Shown here in pieces: positions 40,694 through 52,232 of a stretch of 64,000 nt of DNA. The DNA is taken from positions 662,723 through 726,722 of the forward strand of contig OZ242296.1 in the NCBI GenBank assembly GCA_965207735.1, given 5' to 3'. Numbering within the stretch: position 1 is the stretch's first letter; the number at the start of each line of letters is the position of its first letter. Made by a program: the position numbers and the translations under genes. Origin of the DNA: Candidatus Versatilivorator sp. (GTDB lineage: Bacteria; Acidobacteriota; Terriglobia; Versatilivoradales; Versatilivoraceae). The notes under the pieces were generated by a model, which was not told the DNA's origin, ran no database searches, and saw only the letters and a list, made by a program, of their open reading frames with translations.

Positions 40694-43510
40694 ATGACCA
40701 TGAATGAAGTCGGATTCGTTAGTCGCCGGTCCAGCGTGGAAAGCAAGATCGCCCTATTCCGTTCGCTGTTTCGGGGACGCGAGGACGTCTATCCGCGCCG
40801 ATTCGAGAGTTTGGCATCCGGTAAGTCGGGTTATGCGCCAGCATGTTCCAACGAGTGGCGGCCGGGCGTGTGCGAAAAGCCAAAGATTAAGTGTGCCGAC
40901 TGCTTCAACCGCCGGTTCCTATCCGTCACCGACCAAGTGGTTCGTTGGCACCTGTCTGGCGCAGACGATAACGGCAAGCCGTTCACCATGGGCGTCTATC
41001 CCATGTCGGTCGATGAAAGCTGTCACTTTCTCGCGGTCGACTTTGACGGCAAGCGGTGGAGTGATGACGCAACAGCCTATCTCGAAATCTGTGCCAGGCG
41101 TGGAGTCCCCGCTGCTCTCGAACGTTCAAGGTCGGGAAACGGAGGACACATTTGGCTGTTCTTCGACGAGGCTGTACCGGCGGGGTTGGCGCGCCGGTTA
41201 GGGGCGTTGCTTCTCACTGAAGCCATGGATGACCGGGCCGATCTCGGTTTTCGTTCTTACGACCGTTTCTTTCCGAGTCAAGACACTTTGCCACGTGGCG
41301 GATTCGGCAACTTGATCGCTTTGCCGCTGCAGCGCGAGCCGCGGAAGGCCGGCAACAGCGTATTTGTCGATGCGGACTTGAATCCGTTTGCCGATCAGTG
41401 GGCACATCTTTCGCAACTCGGCCGAATTCATTCAATGCAGGCAGAGTCCATGGTCGAACAAGCGGAGAAGAAAGGCCGCGTGTTGGGTGTCAGGGCCGTC
41501 ACTCTCGATGACGACCTGTTTGCCGCCGCACCGTGGAACGCACCGCCGTCCCGTAGGCCCGTTGAACCGGCCGTAACCGCACCGGTTCCCGACAATTTGG
41601 AGATCGTGCTCGGTGACCGAGTCTACATCCCAAAGGGGGATTTGCCGCCGAGTATCGTCACCCGCTTGATGCGGCTGGCGGCGTTCCAGAATCCAGAATT
41701 CTACCGCGCGCAGGCCATGCGGTTGCCAACCTACGGCAAGCCCAGGATCGTGGCCTGCGCTGAGAATGGAACCAGGTTTCTCGATGTTCCTCGGGGTTGT
41801 CTGGAAGATGTGGAGAAACTTCTCCGTAGTCTTGGGATCGAGCTTTCGATACAGGACAAACGCTTTTCGGGTCTACCTCTTACGGTGTCCTTCCAAGGCG
41901 TGCTGCGCCCTGAGCAGGAGACGGCGGCGAACGCCATGCTGGCCCATGACACGGGAGTCTTGGCGGCAACGACTGCATTCGGGAAGACGGTCGTGGCCGC
42001 GTGGCTGATCGCTAAACGAAGCGTCAACACACTGATTCTGGTTCATCGCAAACAACTGTTGGAACAGTGGGTCACCCGATTGGGCGAATTACTTGACGTC
42101 GCGGAACGTGACATCGGTCGTTTGGGGGGTGGTCGCAAGAAACTCACTGGCAAGATTGATGTCGCCCTGATTCAGAGCTTGACCAGAAAGGGTCTGGTCT
42201 ACGACCGAATTGCCGATTACGGATTTGTGATTGTCGATGAGTGTCACCACGTACCCGCTTTCAGCTTCGAACTGGCAGTCAGCCGCGCAAAAGCCAAGTA
42301 CCTCACCGGACTCTCGGCAACCGTCGTGCGAAAGGATGGCCACCAGCCGATTGTGTTCATGCAGTGTGGTCCCGTACGGCACCGCGTGGATGCCAGGCGC
42401 CAGGCTGCAAAAAGGCCGTTTTCCCACGTGGTGCTGGCTCGACCGACGGGCTTCCAGATGCAGGGCGAGCCGGAAGGCGATGCGCGCATCGAGTTCCAAC
42501 GCGTTTGCGATCAGTTGATAAGGGACAACAGTCGGAATCAGGCGATATGCTCCGAAGTAGTCCAAAACGTTCAAAACGGTCGGGCGCCACTGGTTATGAC
42601 GGAACGAGTCGACCACTTGGAGACCCTTGCCGATGGGCTCCGGGCCAGCGGTGTTGACATTGTATGCCTACAGGGTGGGATGGGAAACAGGGCACTCAAA
42701 TCGGCTCTGGCTCGGGCTGCCGAGTTCGTACCCGGGCGGGTGTTGTTGGCCACGGGGCGTTTCATTGGGGAGGGATTTGACAACGCGCGGCTCGATAGCT
42801 TGTTCCTGACCATGCCTGTGTCCTGGCGCGGAACCATCTCCCAGTACGTAGGGCGTCTGCATCGTCTTCACGAAAACAAGCGTGAGGTGCTCGTCTACGA
42901 CTACGCTGATCTCGATGTGCCGATGCTTTCGCGCATGTTCGAACGACGATGTCGCGCCTACGAGGCGGCTGGCTATTCCATTTCGCTTCCTGCCAGTGCC
43001 GCTCCTGGCTGGCCTGCCGGCGTCCAGCTTCCCGCCGATGGACCTTGGAAACACCGGTACTCGGCAAGCGTGCGGCGTTTGCTTCGCGATGGGGTTGACG
43101 AAACCCTCGCCGAACTCTTCAGCACCATCAGCGGGCCCGTACCCTTGGACGAGCCAAACACCCCACGGGCACGTAGCGCCAGCGAAGCGTTCCTGTTCCG
43201 GCGCCTGCAAAGTATGCCTGAAACCAAAGATCGATTCCGATTGAACGCCCATTTGCCAATTCCGTTTTGTCAGGAAGGCCACATGGAGGTCGACTTTCTC
43301 GACCCGGCGTCACGATTGGTGGTCGAACTGGATGGATCGCAACACTTGGGGGACCGTGAAGCGTATCGGCGAGACCGTCGCAAGGATGCCCTGCTGCAGG
43401 AGCACGGTTATGTGGTGTTGAGGTTCTTAGCCGAAGATCTGGGCCTTGGACTGGATTCGATTCTCGACGAAATCCTGCGTGCACTTGCCCGAGCAGCCAA
43501 AATTTCATGA
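40694..43510 (+). CDS. PrimPol (archaeo-eukaryotic primase-polymerase)-SF2 DEAH helicase-DUF559 endonuclease fusion protein
   Basis: The N-terminal region has AEP motifs LAVDFDG and SRSGNGGHIWLFF plus a Cys cluster (CSNEWRPGVCEKPKIKCADC). The middle region has Walker A TAFGKT and DECHH with a helicase C-domain. The C-terminal 110 aa match the DUF559/Vsr-like nuclease fold (EVDFLDPASRLVVELDGSQH...VVLRF). A GTG at 40679 overlaps the lptFG stop; the first ATG is at 40694. Confidence 0.7.
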   Translation: MTMNEVGFVSRRSSVESKIALFRSLFRGREDVYPRRFESLASGKSGYAPACSNEWRPGVCEKPKIKCADCFNRRFLSVTDQVVRWHLSGADDNGKPFTMGVYPMSVDESCHFLAVDFDGKRWSDDATAYLEICARRGVPAALERSRSGNGGHIWLFFDEAVPAGLARRLGALLLTEAMDDRADLGFRSYDRFFPSQDTLPRGGFGNLIALPLQREPRKAGNSVFVDADLNPFADQWAHLSQLGRIHSMQAESMVEQAEKKGRVLGVRAVTLDDDLFAAAPWNAPPSRRPVEPAVTAPVPDNLEIVLGDRVYIPKGDLPPSIVTRLMRLAAFQNPEFYRAQAMRLPTYGKPRIVACAENGTRFLDVPRGCLEDVEKLLRSLGIELSIQDKRFSGLPLTVSFQGVLRPEQETAANAMLAHDTGVLAATTAFGKTVVAAWLIAKRSVNTLILVHRKQLLEQWVTRLGELLDVAERDIGRLGGGRKKLTGKIDVALIQSLTRKGLVYDRIADYGFVIVDECHHVPAFSFELAVSRAKAKYLTGLSATVVRKDGHQPIVFMQCGPVRHRVDARRQAAKRPFSHVVLARPTGFQMQGEPEGDARIEFQRVCDQLIRDNSRNQAICSEVVQNVQNGRAPLVMTERVDHLETLADGLRASGVDIVCLQGGMGNRALKSALARAAEFVPGRVLLATGRFIGEGFDNARLDSLFLTMPVSWRGTISQYVGRLHRLHENKREVLVYDYADLDVPMLSRMFERRCRAYEAAGYSISLPASAAPGWPAGVQLPADGPWKHRYSASVRRLLRDGVDETLAELFSTISGPVPLDEPNTPRARSASEAFLFRRLQSMPETKDRFRLNAHLPIPFCQEGHMEVDFLDPASRLVVELDGSQHLGDREAYRRDRRKDALLQEHGYVVLRFLAEDLGLGLDSILDEILRALARAAKIS

Positions 43511-43553
43511 GAAGTAGGTGGTCAGTGCAGATGGCAAACCAAGTCGGCAATAG

Positions 43554-44837
<1,284 letters not shown>

Positions 44838-44989
44838 TTAGAAAGAAAAGAAATCACTGCATGGCGGGGGCACCCTAGCACATTGCCTTCGGTAGGGTCA
44901 AATGGGGAGGGACCAATGACAAGGCTTGAATTGCGGCACAACTGACCGGTCTCGCTCAGAGCGGGCTTGCCGATCCCGTCGGGCGCCGG

Positions 44990-46207
44990 TCATTCGACCA
45001 GTTCCAGGATTCCCGCGGCGCCCATTCCGCCGCCGATGCACAGGGTGACCATTCCGAACTGAACCCCTCGCCGCCGCATCTCGCCAAGCAGGGTCGCCGT
45101 CAGTTTGGCGCCGGTGCAACCCAGCGGGTGGCCCAGGGCGATCGCTCCCCCGTTGACGTTGACCCGGTCCGGATCCAGGCCGGATTGGCGGATGACCGCC
45201 AGCGCTTGAGCCGCGAATGCTTCATTCAATTCAATCAGGCCGATCTGAGAGAGCTCGAGACCCGCCTGCTTCAGAGCCTTGGGAATGGCCTGGACGGGGC
45301 CGAGACCCATCTCCTCGGGCGGCACCCCGGCAGTGGCGAAGGAGAGGAACCGTCCCAGGATCGTCCAACCTCGATCCCTGGCCGTGTTCCGGGAGGCCAG
45401 CACCACGGCGGCAGCGCCGTCACTCATGGGCGAGGAGTTTCCGGCGGTGATGGAACCGCTGGCGTGGAAGGCCGGCTTGAGCTGAGCCAGTGCCGGCAGG
45501 CTCGTGTCCTTGCGCGGACCTTCGTCCCGGTCAAAACGGGTGGGGCCTGTTCCCTTCTCTGCCTGTCCATTGCCATCGCCGCCGAGAGAATCCGGTGCGG
45601 CTCGGCCGAGGCCGTTCGGGGTCAGCTCCAGCGGCACGATCTCATCCCGAAAGCGTCCCTCCTCCATGGCCTGGATCGCTTTGCGATGGCTCCGGAGGGC
45701 AAAGCGGTCCTGTTGCTCGCGGCCGATCTCGTACTTGCGAGCCAGGTTTTCGGCGGTCATTCCCATGTTGAGGTAGACATCCGGATAGGAATCCGCCAGA
45801 TCGGGGTTGGGCGAGAAATGGTGCCCGGCCCTGGGGATCAGGCTCATGCTTTCCGTTCCTCCAGCCAGGATGACCTCGGCCGAGCCGCACCGGATTCTTT
45901 CGGCGGCGAAGGCAATGGACTGCAGTCCCGAGGCGCAGAAGCGGTTGACGGTGACAGCGGAGACCGAAACCGGCAGACCGGCCCTCAAGCCGGCGATGCG
46001 GGCCACGTTCATTCCCTGCTCCGCCTCCGGCATGGCGCACCCCAGGATGACGTCTTCGATTTCCCCGGTCTTCAACCCGGGGACGCGCCGGACGGCTTCC
46101 GAGATGGCGACGGCAGCCAGGTCGTCGGGGCGGGTATGTCTCAGGGCTCCCTTCTTGGCTTTCCCGACGGGAGTCCTGGCGGCGCTGACGATCACAGCCT
46201 CTTTCAT
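44990..46207 (-). CDS. fadA: Acetyl-CoA C-acyltransferase (thiolase)
   Basis: Active-site Cys region ([12 protein letters not shown]) and a C-terminal [15 protein letters not shown] motif. Confidence 0.85.
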   Translation of the reverse strand: MKEAVIVSAARTPVGKAKKGALRHTRPDDLAAVAISEAVRRVPGLKTGEIEDVILGCAMPEAEQGMNVARIAGLRAGLPVSVSAVTVNRFCASGLQSIAFAAERIRCGSAEVILAGGTESMSLIPRAGHHFSPNPDLADSYPDVYLNMGMTAENLARKYEIGREQQDRFALRSHRKAIQAMEEGRFRDEIVPLELTPNGLGRAAPDSLGGDGNGQAEKGTGPTRFDRDEGPRKDTSLPALAQLKPAFHASGSITAGNSSPMSDGAAAVVLASRNTARDRGWTILGRFLSFATAGVPPEEMGLGPVQAIPKALKQAGLELSQIGLIELNEAFAAQALAVIRQSGLDPDRVNVNGGAIALGHPLGCTGAKLTATLLGEMRRRGVQFGMVTLCIGGGMGAAGILELVE

Positions 46208-46230
46208 GGGTCTCTTTCCGGTGGTTCCAA

Positions 46231-48627
46231 TCAGTTCCGCAGCGGCTTGCCTCGCTGCAGCATGGTTTGGATCCTGTCCTGGGACTTGCGTTCTCCACAG
46301 AGACTGAGAAAGGTCTCTCTCTCCAGATCCAAAAAATGCTGTTCGTTGACGTCCCGCGGGCTGCTGCAGTCACCCCCGCAGAGAACAAGAGCCAATTTGC
46401 TGCCCAGATGATAGTCGTAGGGGCTGATGTAGGCTCCCCGCAGCAACTGGTGCATGGCGATCTTGAGAGTGGATAGTGCCGGCCGGCCCAGCGCGGGCAC
46501 CGCCAGCGGTGGATCGGGTTGCTGAAAGCCTTGCCGGACGAGTGTCACAACCCTCTGCTTGGCGTCGGCAATCAGGCGGTCGGGGTTCATGGTGATGGCA
46601 TCGCTGGGCCGAATGAAGCCCAGAGACCGGGCCTCGGCACCGCTGCCGGACACCTTTGCCTCGGCGATGGTCTCGAAGGATGTGCGCAGGCACGGAAACA
46701 GCTCCTGGTCCGGCCGGGACCTCTCCAGGCTCCGCAACACCATTTCCTTGGTGCCTCCCGCTGCCGGAATCAGGCCCACTGCCAACTCGACCAGTCCCAT
46801 GTAAGTCTCGGCCGAGGCCTGCACGGCCGAGGCGTGCAAGGCGACTTCGCAACCCCCTCCCAAGGTGAGCCCGAACGGAGCGACGACTACCGGACAAGGA
46901 GAATACTTGATCTCCATGTTGGCTGTTTGAAACAGCCGAATCATGCTGTCGATCTCCTCCCACTTCCGTTCCCGAGCCTTGCGCAGGATTTGCACCAGGT
47001 CGGCTCCGGCGGAAAACTGGGCGCCCTGATTGCCGATTACCATCCCGGAGAATTCGGATCGCGCCAGTTGAAGCGCTTCTCGGATCATGCGGAGGGTGTC
47101 GTCCCCGATGGTGTTCATCTTGGCGTGGAACTCCAGGCAGAGGACACCGTCGCCAAGGTCGATCAAGCTGGCCCGGGGATTCTTGCGGACGACTCCTCCC
47201 TTTTGCTCCCTGAGTGAGGACAGAAGGACCATTCCGTCGGGAACACCGACGGGGAGATAGTCCCGGGAGGGACAATCGAAGTAGGAGACGATTCCCCGGC
47301 GGCGCCGGTAAAAGCGCTTGCCGGGGGTGTCCAGTACCATCCGCGCCAACTCCGGCACTTTTCTTCCCTCGGACTCCAGGCGCGCCGCCACGGTTTCGAC
47401 ACCCAGAGCATCCCAGGTCTCAAAGGGGCCCATGTCCCAATTGAAGCCCCACTTCATGGCGTTGTCGATGGTGAGGATATCGTCTGAAATCTCCGGGATT
47501 CGATTGGCGGCGTAAACCATCTCTCCGCTGAGCGCTTTCCAGACCAGTTGTCCTGCCGGGTCGTCGGATCGAATCAACGCCCTCAACCTTTCGGAGGTAT
47601 CCGGGATGGCCTTGGCTACCGCCAGCGAGGGATACTCGGCCTTGCGACGGGAGCGATACTCCAGGGATTCAAGATCCAGCGCCAGGATTTCCCCGCTCGG
47701 CATCTTTCGATAAAATCCGCTGCCACTCTTGGCTCCCAGCCAGTTTCGCTCAATCATTCGCCGGATGACTTCAGGGATCTCGAAGAGTTGGTGATGCTCA
47801 TCGCCGGGCGCGCTTTCAAAGAGGGTGGCGGTGACCCGTGCGAAGGTGTCGAGGCCAACGATGTCCAGGGTGCGGAAAGTGGCGCTCTTGGGGCGCCCGA
47901 TCAGCCTGCCGGTCAGCAGGTCGATGTCGTCCACCCCGTAACTCTCCTCCAACACCATGCGAAGGAGTTGCTGGAGGGCAAAGGCCCCCACCCGGTTGGC
48001 CACGAAGTTGGGAGTGTCCTTGGCCAACACGATGCCCTTGCCCAGGCGATAGTGGCCGAGATGAGTGATGGTTTGGACCACCGATTCCAGGGTTTCCGGG
48101 GTGGGAATCAGTTCCAGTAGCTTGAGGTAGCGAGGCGGATTGAAGAAATGGGTTCCCAGCCAGTGTTGCCGAAAGTCATCGCTCAGCCCTTCGGCCAGGC
48201 GGTTGACTGAGATCCCGGAGGTGTTGGAGCTGACAATCGATCCTGGCCGGCGGATCCCATCGAGGTCCTTGAGCAGGCGGGCTTTGATGTCGAAGTCTTC
48301 CGAGACGGCTTCGATGATCCAGTCCACCTCCCCCAGCCAGGAACGGTGGTCCTGCAAATTGCCAAGTTGAATGCGACGGGCGTCCTCCGGAAGAAAGAAA
48401 GCCGGAGGTTTGGTTCGTTCCGCCCTGCGCAGCCCCTGTTGCACCAGCCGCTGCCGAAACCGGGGGTCGGAAGCTGAGCATTCCCCGGATTCCTTTTCGG
48501 AAGTCGGATCTGAAGGAGGGATGTCCAGCAGACAGACCGAAAAGCGGGCGTTGACCAGGTGGGCGGCAATGGCCGCGCCCATCACCCCCGCACCGACCAC
48601 GCCCACCCGTTCAATCCTTTGTTTCAT
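46231..48627 (-). CDS. Bifunctional 3-hydroxyacyl-CoA dehydrogenase / enoyl-CoA hydratase (FadN/FadB-type)
   Basis: N-terminal NAD-binding GVVGAGVMGAAIA, 3HCDH domains and a C-terminal crotonase-fold segment (GNQGAQFSAGADL). Confidence 0.8.
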   Translation of the reverse strand: MKQRIERVGVVGAGVMGAAIAAHLVNARFSVCLLDIPPSDPTSEKESGECSASDPRFRQRLVQQGLRRAERTKPPAFFLPEDARRIQLGNLQDHRSWLGEVDWIIEAVSEDFDIKARLLKDLDGIRRPGSIVSSNTSGISVNRLAEGLSDDFRQHWLGTHFFNPPRYLKLLELIPTPETLESVVQTITHLGHYRLGKGIVLAKDTPNFVANRVGAFALQQLLRMVLEESYGVDDIDLLTGRLIGRPKSATFRTLDIVGLDTFARVTATLFESAPGDEHHQLFEIPEVIRRMIERNWLGAKSGSGFYRKMPSGEILALDLESLEYRSRRKAEYPSLAVAKAIPDTSERLRALIRSDDPAGQLVWKALSGEMVYAANRIPEISDDILTIDNAMKWGFNWDMGPFETWDALGVETVAARLESEGRKVPELARMVLDTPGKRFYRRRRGIVSYFDCPSRDYLPVGVPDGMVLLSSLREQKGGVVRKNPRASLIDLGDGVLCLEFHAKMNTIGDDTLRMIREALQLARSEFSGMVIGNQGAQFSAGADLVQILRKARERKWEEIDSMIRLFQTANMEIKYSPCPVVVAPFGLTLGGGCEVALHASAVQASAETYMGLVELAVGLIPAAGGTKEMVLRSLERSRPDQELFPCLRTSFETIAEAKVSGSGAEARSLGFIRPSDAITMNPDRLIADAKQRVVTLVRQGFQQPDPPLAVPALGRPALSTLKIAMHQLLRGAYISPYDYHLGSKLALVLCGGDCSSPRDVNEQHFLDLERETFLSLCGERKSQDRIQTMLQRGKPLRN

Positions 48628-48643
48628 AGGGCGTGGTTGTTAC

Positions 48644-50449
48644 CTACTCCGGTTTGGATGGGCTCTCCGCGTAGAGGGCTTCAATCTCATTCTTAAATCT
48701 CTTCTCGACAATTCGACGTTTAACTTTCAGTGTAGGAGTCAGTTCCCCGTCCTCGATGGTGAAGTCCTTTTCTACGGGAACGACTTTTTTCACCGTTTCG
48801 AAAGAGGCCAATCCGGCAGTTGATTTTTCGACTGCGTTCATGAGGAATTCTTGAATGGGCGGGCTTTGGAGCAGGTCGCCGTAGCTCTCAAAGGAGAGTC
48901 CCTGTTCACGCGCGTGGTCGGTGATCGTCTCCGGGTTGGGGACCACCAGGGCGCACAGGTAGGGGCGCTTGTCTCCCAACACGACCGCATTGAGCAGCAC
49001 CGGGCTGGCTTTGAGGAGCCTCTCGATCGGCTGGGGGGCGACGTTTTTCCCGCCGGCTGTGACAATCAGGTCCTTCTTGCGATCGGTGATCTTCAGGAAT
49101 CCGTCCGGGTCCAGATGGCCGATGTCCCCGGTGTGGAACCACCCTTCCTTGATCACCTCTCGAGTTTCCTCGGGCCTGTTGTAATAGCCGAGCATCACTG
49201 ACGGCCCCCGGGTCAGGACCTCGCCGTCTTCGGCGATTCTCGCTTCCAGACCGGGCAACGGCTGTCCCACCGTTCCGAACCTGAAGCGGTTCGGCAGGTT
49301 GACCGCGATCACCGGTGAGGTTTCAGTGAGGCCGTAGCCTTCCAGGATCAGGATCCCGGCGCTGAGGAAGAACTCGGCCAGGCTGGGGTCGAGGGGGGCG
49401 CCTCCCGAGATGAAGAATCGCAGCCGACCCCCAAGGCGCTGTTGCAGCTTGGCAAACACGATCTTGGAGGCGAGGAAGCGCTGGAAGGCCAGGCCGGGGG
49501 GCGGGGTGGTGCCCTGGAGAATGTGACGGGTATGGCGCTCCCCTACTCCGAAGGCCCAATCGCTCAGCGCGCGTTTCAGGCCGGTACTGAGTCGCCTGGA
49601 TTCCATGACACGGTCGTGTAACTTCTCGAAGAATCTGGGGACGCAAGCCACCACCGTGGGTTGGACCTCCTGCATGTTGAGCGGTACCTTTTCGATGCTT
49701 TCGGCGTATGCGATGCTCACGCCGCAATTGAACATGAGGTAGTGCGCCACCCGTTCGAAAATATGGCTGAGCGGCAGCAGGGAAAGGACGCTGTCCCTGT
49801 GATCGAAGTCGAATCCCCGGCTGAGTTCCAGGACGTTGGCCACGATGTTGGCATGGGACAGCATGACTCCCTTGGGCGGCCCGGTAGTGCCGGAGGTGTA
49901 GATGATGGTGGCCACGTCTTGCGGACCGATTCCTTGACGGACCTTCAGATATGCGGCAGGGTCGCTCTGCGAAGCCTGTTCCCCCTCCTCCCGCAGGCTG
50001 TTGAAGCTCCGCAGGCTGTCGGATTCGGGTTCTTCCAGGTCCATGACCACCGTGGATTGGAGACTGGGTATCTTCGACTCGATTTCCCGGATCTTCTCCA
50101 GTTGTTCCGTGGTGGACAGGATGATGATCTTGACGCCGGCGTCGTTGAGAAGCCCCTCGATCTGGTTCGCGGGCAACGTCGGATAGACGGGAACGTTGAT
50201 GGCGCCGGCGGAAAGAATGGAGATGTCCGAAACCAGCCATTCGGGCCTGTTTTCCGACAGGAGGGCGATACGGTCGCCGGCCTCCGCTCCCAGGTTCATC
50301 AATCCCGCGACCACGCCCTGGACTTGGCTTCGGACCTCCGCCGAAGACAGCGGGTGAAAGCGGCCCTCCCGCTTGACCATCAAAGCGTCAGGCCGGCTCT
50401 TGTGGGTTACGGCCTCCTCGAAGAGGTCGACAATCGTTTGTGGTGTCAT
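48644..50449 (-). CDS. Long-chain fatty-acid--CoA ligase (AMP-forming, FadD-like)
   Basis: AMP-binding motif IIYTSGTTGPPKGVMLSH and the TGD...GYYNRPEET region. The true start is MTPQTIVDLFE at 50449. The 1065-aa track ORF is a run-on over gcvT antisense. Confidence 0.8.
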   Translation of the reverse strand: MTPQTIVDLFEEAVTHKSRPDALMVKREGRFHPLSSAEVRSQVQGVVAGLMNLGAEAGDRIALLSENRPEWLVSDISILSAGAINVPVYPTLPANQIEGLLNDAGVKIIILSTTEQLEKIREIESKIPSLQSTVVMDLEEPESDSLRSFNSLREEGEQASQSDPAAYLKVRQGIGPQDVATIIYTSGTTGPPKGVMLSHANIVANVLELSRGFDFDHRDSVLSLLPLSHIFERVAHYLMFNCGVSIAYAESIEKVPLNMQEVQPTVVACVPRFFEKLHDRVMESRRLSTGLKRALSDWAFGVGERHTRHILQGTTPPPGLAFQRFLASKIVFAKLQQRLGGRLRFFISGGAPLDPSLAEFFLSAGILILEGYGLTETSPVIAVNLPNRFRFGTVGQPLPGLEARIAEDGEVLTRGPSVMLGYYNRPEETREVIKEGWFHTGDIGHLDPDGFLKITDRKKDLIVTAGGKNVAPQPIERLLKASPVLLNAVVLGDKRPYLCALVVPNPETITDHAREQGLSFESYGDLLQSPPIQEFLMNAVEKSTAGLASFETVKKVVPVEKDFTIEDGELTPTLKVKRRIVEKRFKNEIEALYAESPSKPE

Positions 50450-50704
50450 GGGTTCCCTCGTGCGTTCCGGTTGGTGAAGTTGAGGACCATGCCCGGCTGT
50501 CTTTCCCAAGCTGGAATTTCGGTGATTATAGCAAACTCGGAAACCCTCCGGGCTGCAGGCTGGAACGGTCCCCCTTTGGCGGGATTCAGCTCGCTCTCGA
50601 GGCCTGTCGGAACGCCTCCGGAGCCACCAGCCGATTGGCTTGACGCCTCCTGGTGGGTGTGTTACTTTGCCACGCTTGATGCCTCCTTCCGAGACCGGCA
50701 GCCG

Positions 50705-51853
50705 ATGACGTCCCCGCTGAAAAAGACTTCCCTGCACGCGTTGCATCGAAGGTTGGGATCCAGGATGGGCGCATTTGGCGGCTGGGAAATGCCCATCGAA
50801 TACACGGGAATCGTGGGGGAGCATCTGGCCGTGCGGACCAGGGTGGGTCTGTTCGACGTCAGCCATATGGGAGAGATCGAGATCGATGGACCCGGCAGCC
50901 TGGCTCTGGTGCAGCAGGTCGCCTGCAACGATGCCGGACGTCTCCAGCTCGGTCAGATCCAATACTCCGCCTTGCTCACCGAGCGGGGGACGTTTGTGGA
51001 TGACATTCTGGTCCATCGGCTGGAAGAGAGCCGCTTTCTCCTTTGCGTCAATGCCGGCAACACGGGCAACGATTATCGCCACATATGCCGTCAAAACCGA
51101 TTCGGGGCCCGGGTTACCGACGCCAGCGATCACTATGCGCAGTTGGCCATTCAAGGTCCCGAGGCCGCGCCAGTCCTCCAGTCCCTGGTCGATCTGGACC
51201 TGTCTGAAATCGGCTACTACCGTTTTCGACCCGGGCGGGTCCAGGACGTTCGGGGGCTCATCGCGCGGACCGGCTACACGGGGGAAGATGGCTTTGAGAT
51301 CTATTTTCCGCCCACCGCCGCCGAGGCCGTGTGGGAGGGTCTGAGCCGAGCGGGACGATCGCGGGAGTTGCTTCCGGCAGGACTGGGAGCACGCAATACC
51401 CTGCGCCTGGAGGCCAAAATGGCTCTCTACGGTCACGAGATCGATGGAGAGACAACGCCCTGGGAAGCGGGATTGGGGTGGATGGTTCGCATGGACAAAC
51501 CCGACTTCACGGGAAAGGCCGCCCTGGCCGCCCAACTGGAGGCGGGAGTGCAAAGAAAGCTGGTTGGTTTCGAGATGCGCGGGCCGGGAATCGGCCGGGA
51601 CGGATATGACGTGCTTCGAAACGGCCGGAGGATCGGTTGGGTCACCAGCGGCAGCCCTGCTCCTTTTCTCAAGAAAAACATCGGACTTGCCTATGTGAAC
51701 GCGGGTGAAGCCTTCCTGGGAAACCGGCTCGATATTCAGGTCAGAAAACGCCTGGTGCCCGCCGAAGTCGTGAAGACCCCGTTCTATCGGAGAGAGAGGC
51801 GTCGGCCTGTCGGCCCTCGTCCAAACCCGGAGACCCCCCATGAGGCTTCCTGA
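50705..51853 (+). CDS. gcvT: Glycine cleavage system aminomethyltransferase T
   Basis: LFDVSHMGEIEIDG and typical GcvT domains. Start at ATG 50705 (MTSPLKK). Confidence 0.85.
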   Translation: MTSPLKKTSLHALHRRLGSRMGAFGGWEMPIEYTGIVGEHLAVRTRVGLFDVSHMGEIEIDGPGSLALVQQVACNDAGRLQLGQIQYSALLTERGTFVDDILVHRLEESRFLLCVNAGNTGNDYRHICRQNRFGARVTDASDHYAQLAIQGPEAAPVLQSLVDLDLSEIGYYRFRPGRVQDVRGLIARTGYTGEDGFEIYFPPTAAEAVWEGLSRAGRSRELLPAGLGARNTLRLEAKMALYGHEIDGETTPWEAGLGWMVRMDKPDFTGKAALAAQLEAGVQRKLVGFEMRGPGIGRDGYDVLRNGRRIGWVTSGSPAPFLKKNIGLAYVNAGEAFLGNRLDIQVRKRLVPAEVVKTPFYRRERRRPVGPRPNPETPHEAS

Positions 51854-52232
51854 GGACTGTCGTTACAGCAAACAGCACGAATGGATTCGAGTCGACGGAG
51901 ATGGCGGGACGGTAGGCATCACCGATCACGCCCAGAAGGAGTTGGGGGACGTTGTTTTCGTAGAGTTGCCCGAGATCGGCCAGGTCTGCGCCGCCGACGA
52001 GGTTCTGGCCAACGTGGAATCCGTGAAGGCCGTATCCGAGGTCTACGCTCCGGTGGCGGGAGAGGTGACGGCCGTCAATTCGGCCTTGGTTTCCTCTCCC
52101 GAACTGGTCAACCAGGACCCCCATGGAGAAGCCTGGTTTGTCAGGATCAAGTTGGTCGACTCCAGCGGTCTCGACAATCTTCTTACCGCCGACCAATACC
52201 GAAAATATGTCGAGGAGGAGTCGGCTGGTTAG
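51840..52232 (+). CDS. gcvH: Glycine cleavage system H protein
   Basis: Lipoyl-lysine motif VESVKAVSEVYAPVAGEV. Confidence 0.9.
   Translation: MRLPEDCRYSKQHEWIRVDGDGGTVGITDHAQKELGDVVFVELPEIGQVCAADEVLANVESVKAVSEVYAPVAGEVTAVNSALVSSPELVNQDPHGEAWFVRIKLVDSSGLDNLLTADQYRKYVEEESAG

Noticed and set aside
50450-50704. Possible glycine riboswitch in the 255-nt leader of the gcvT operon
   Set aside because: I could not find the conserved aptamer cores (ACCGAAGGGGCAA / CTCAGGCAAAAGGAC) in this leader, and I cannot run a covariance-model search. Left unannotated; an Infernal run with RF00504 would settle it.
48644-51853. 1065-aa minus-strand ORF and 730-aa plus-strand ORF spanning fadD and gcvT
   Set aside because: Each is a real gene (fadD-like 48644-50449 minus; gcvT 50705-51853 plus) extended by a spurious antisense run-on over the neighbour. 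Starts were reset at MTPQTIVD and MTSPLKK.
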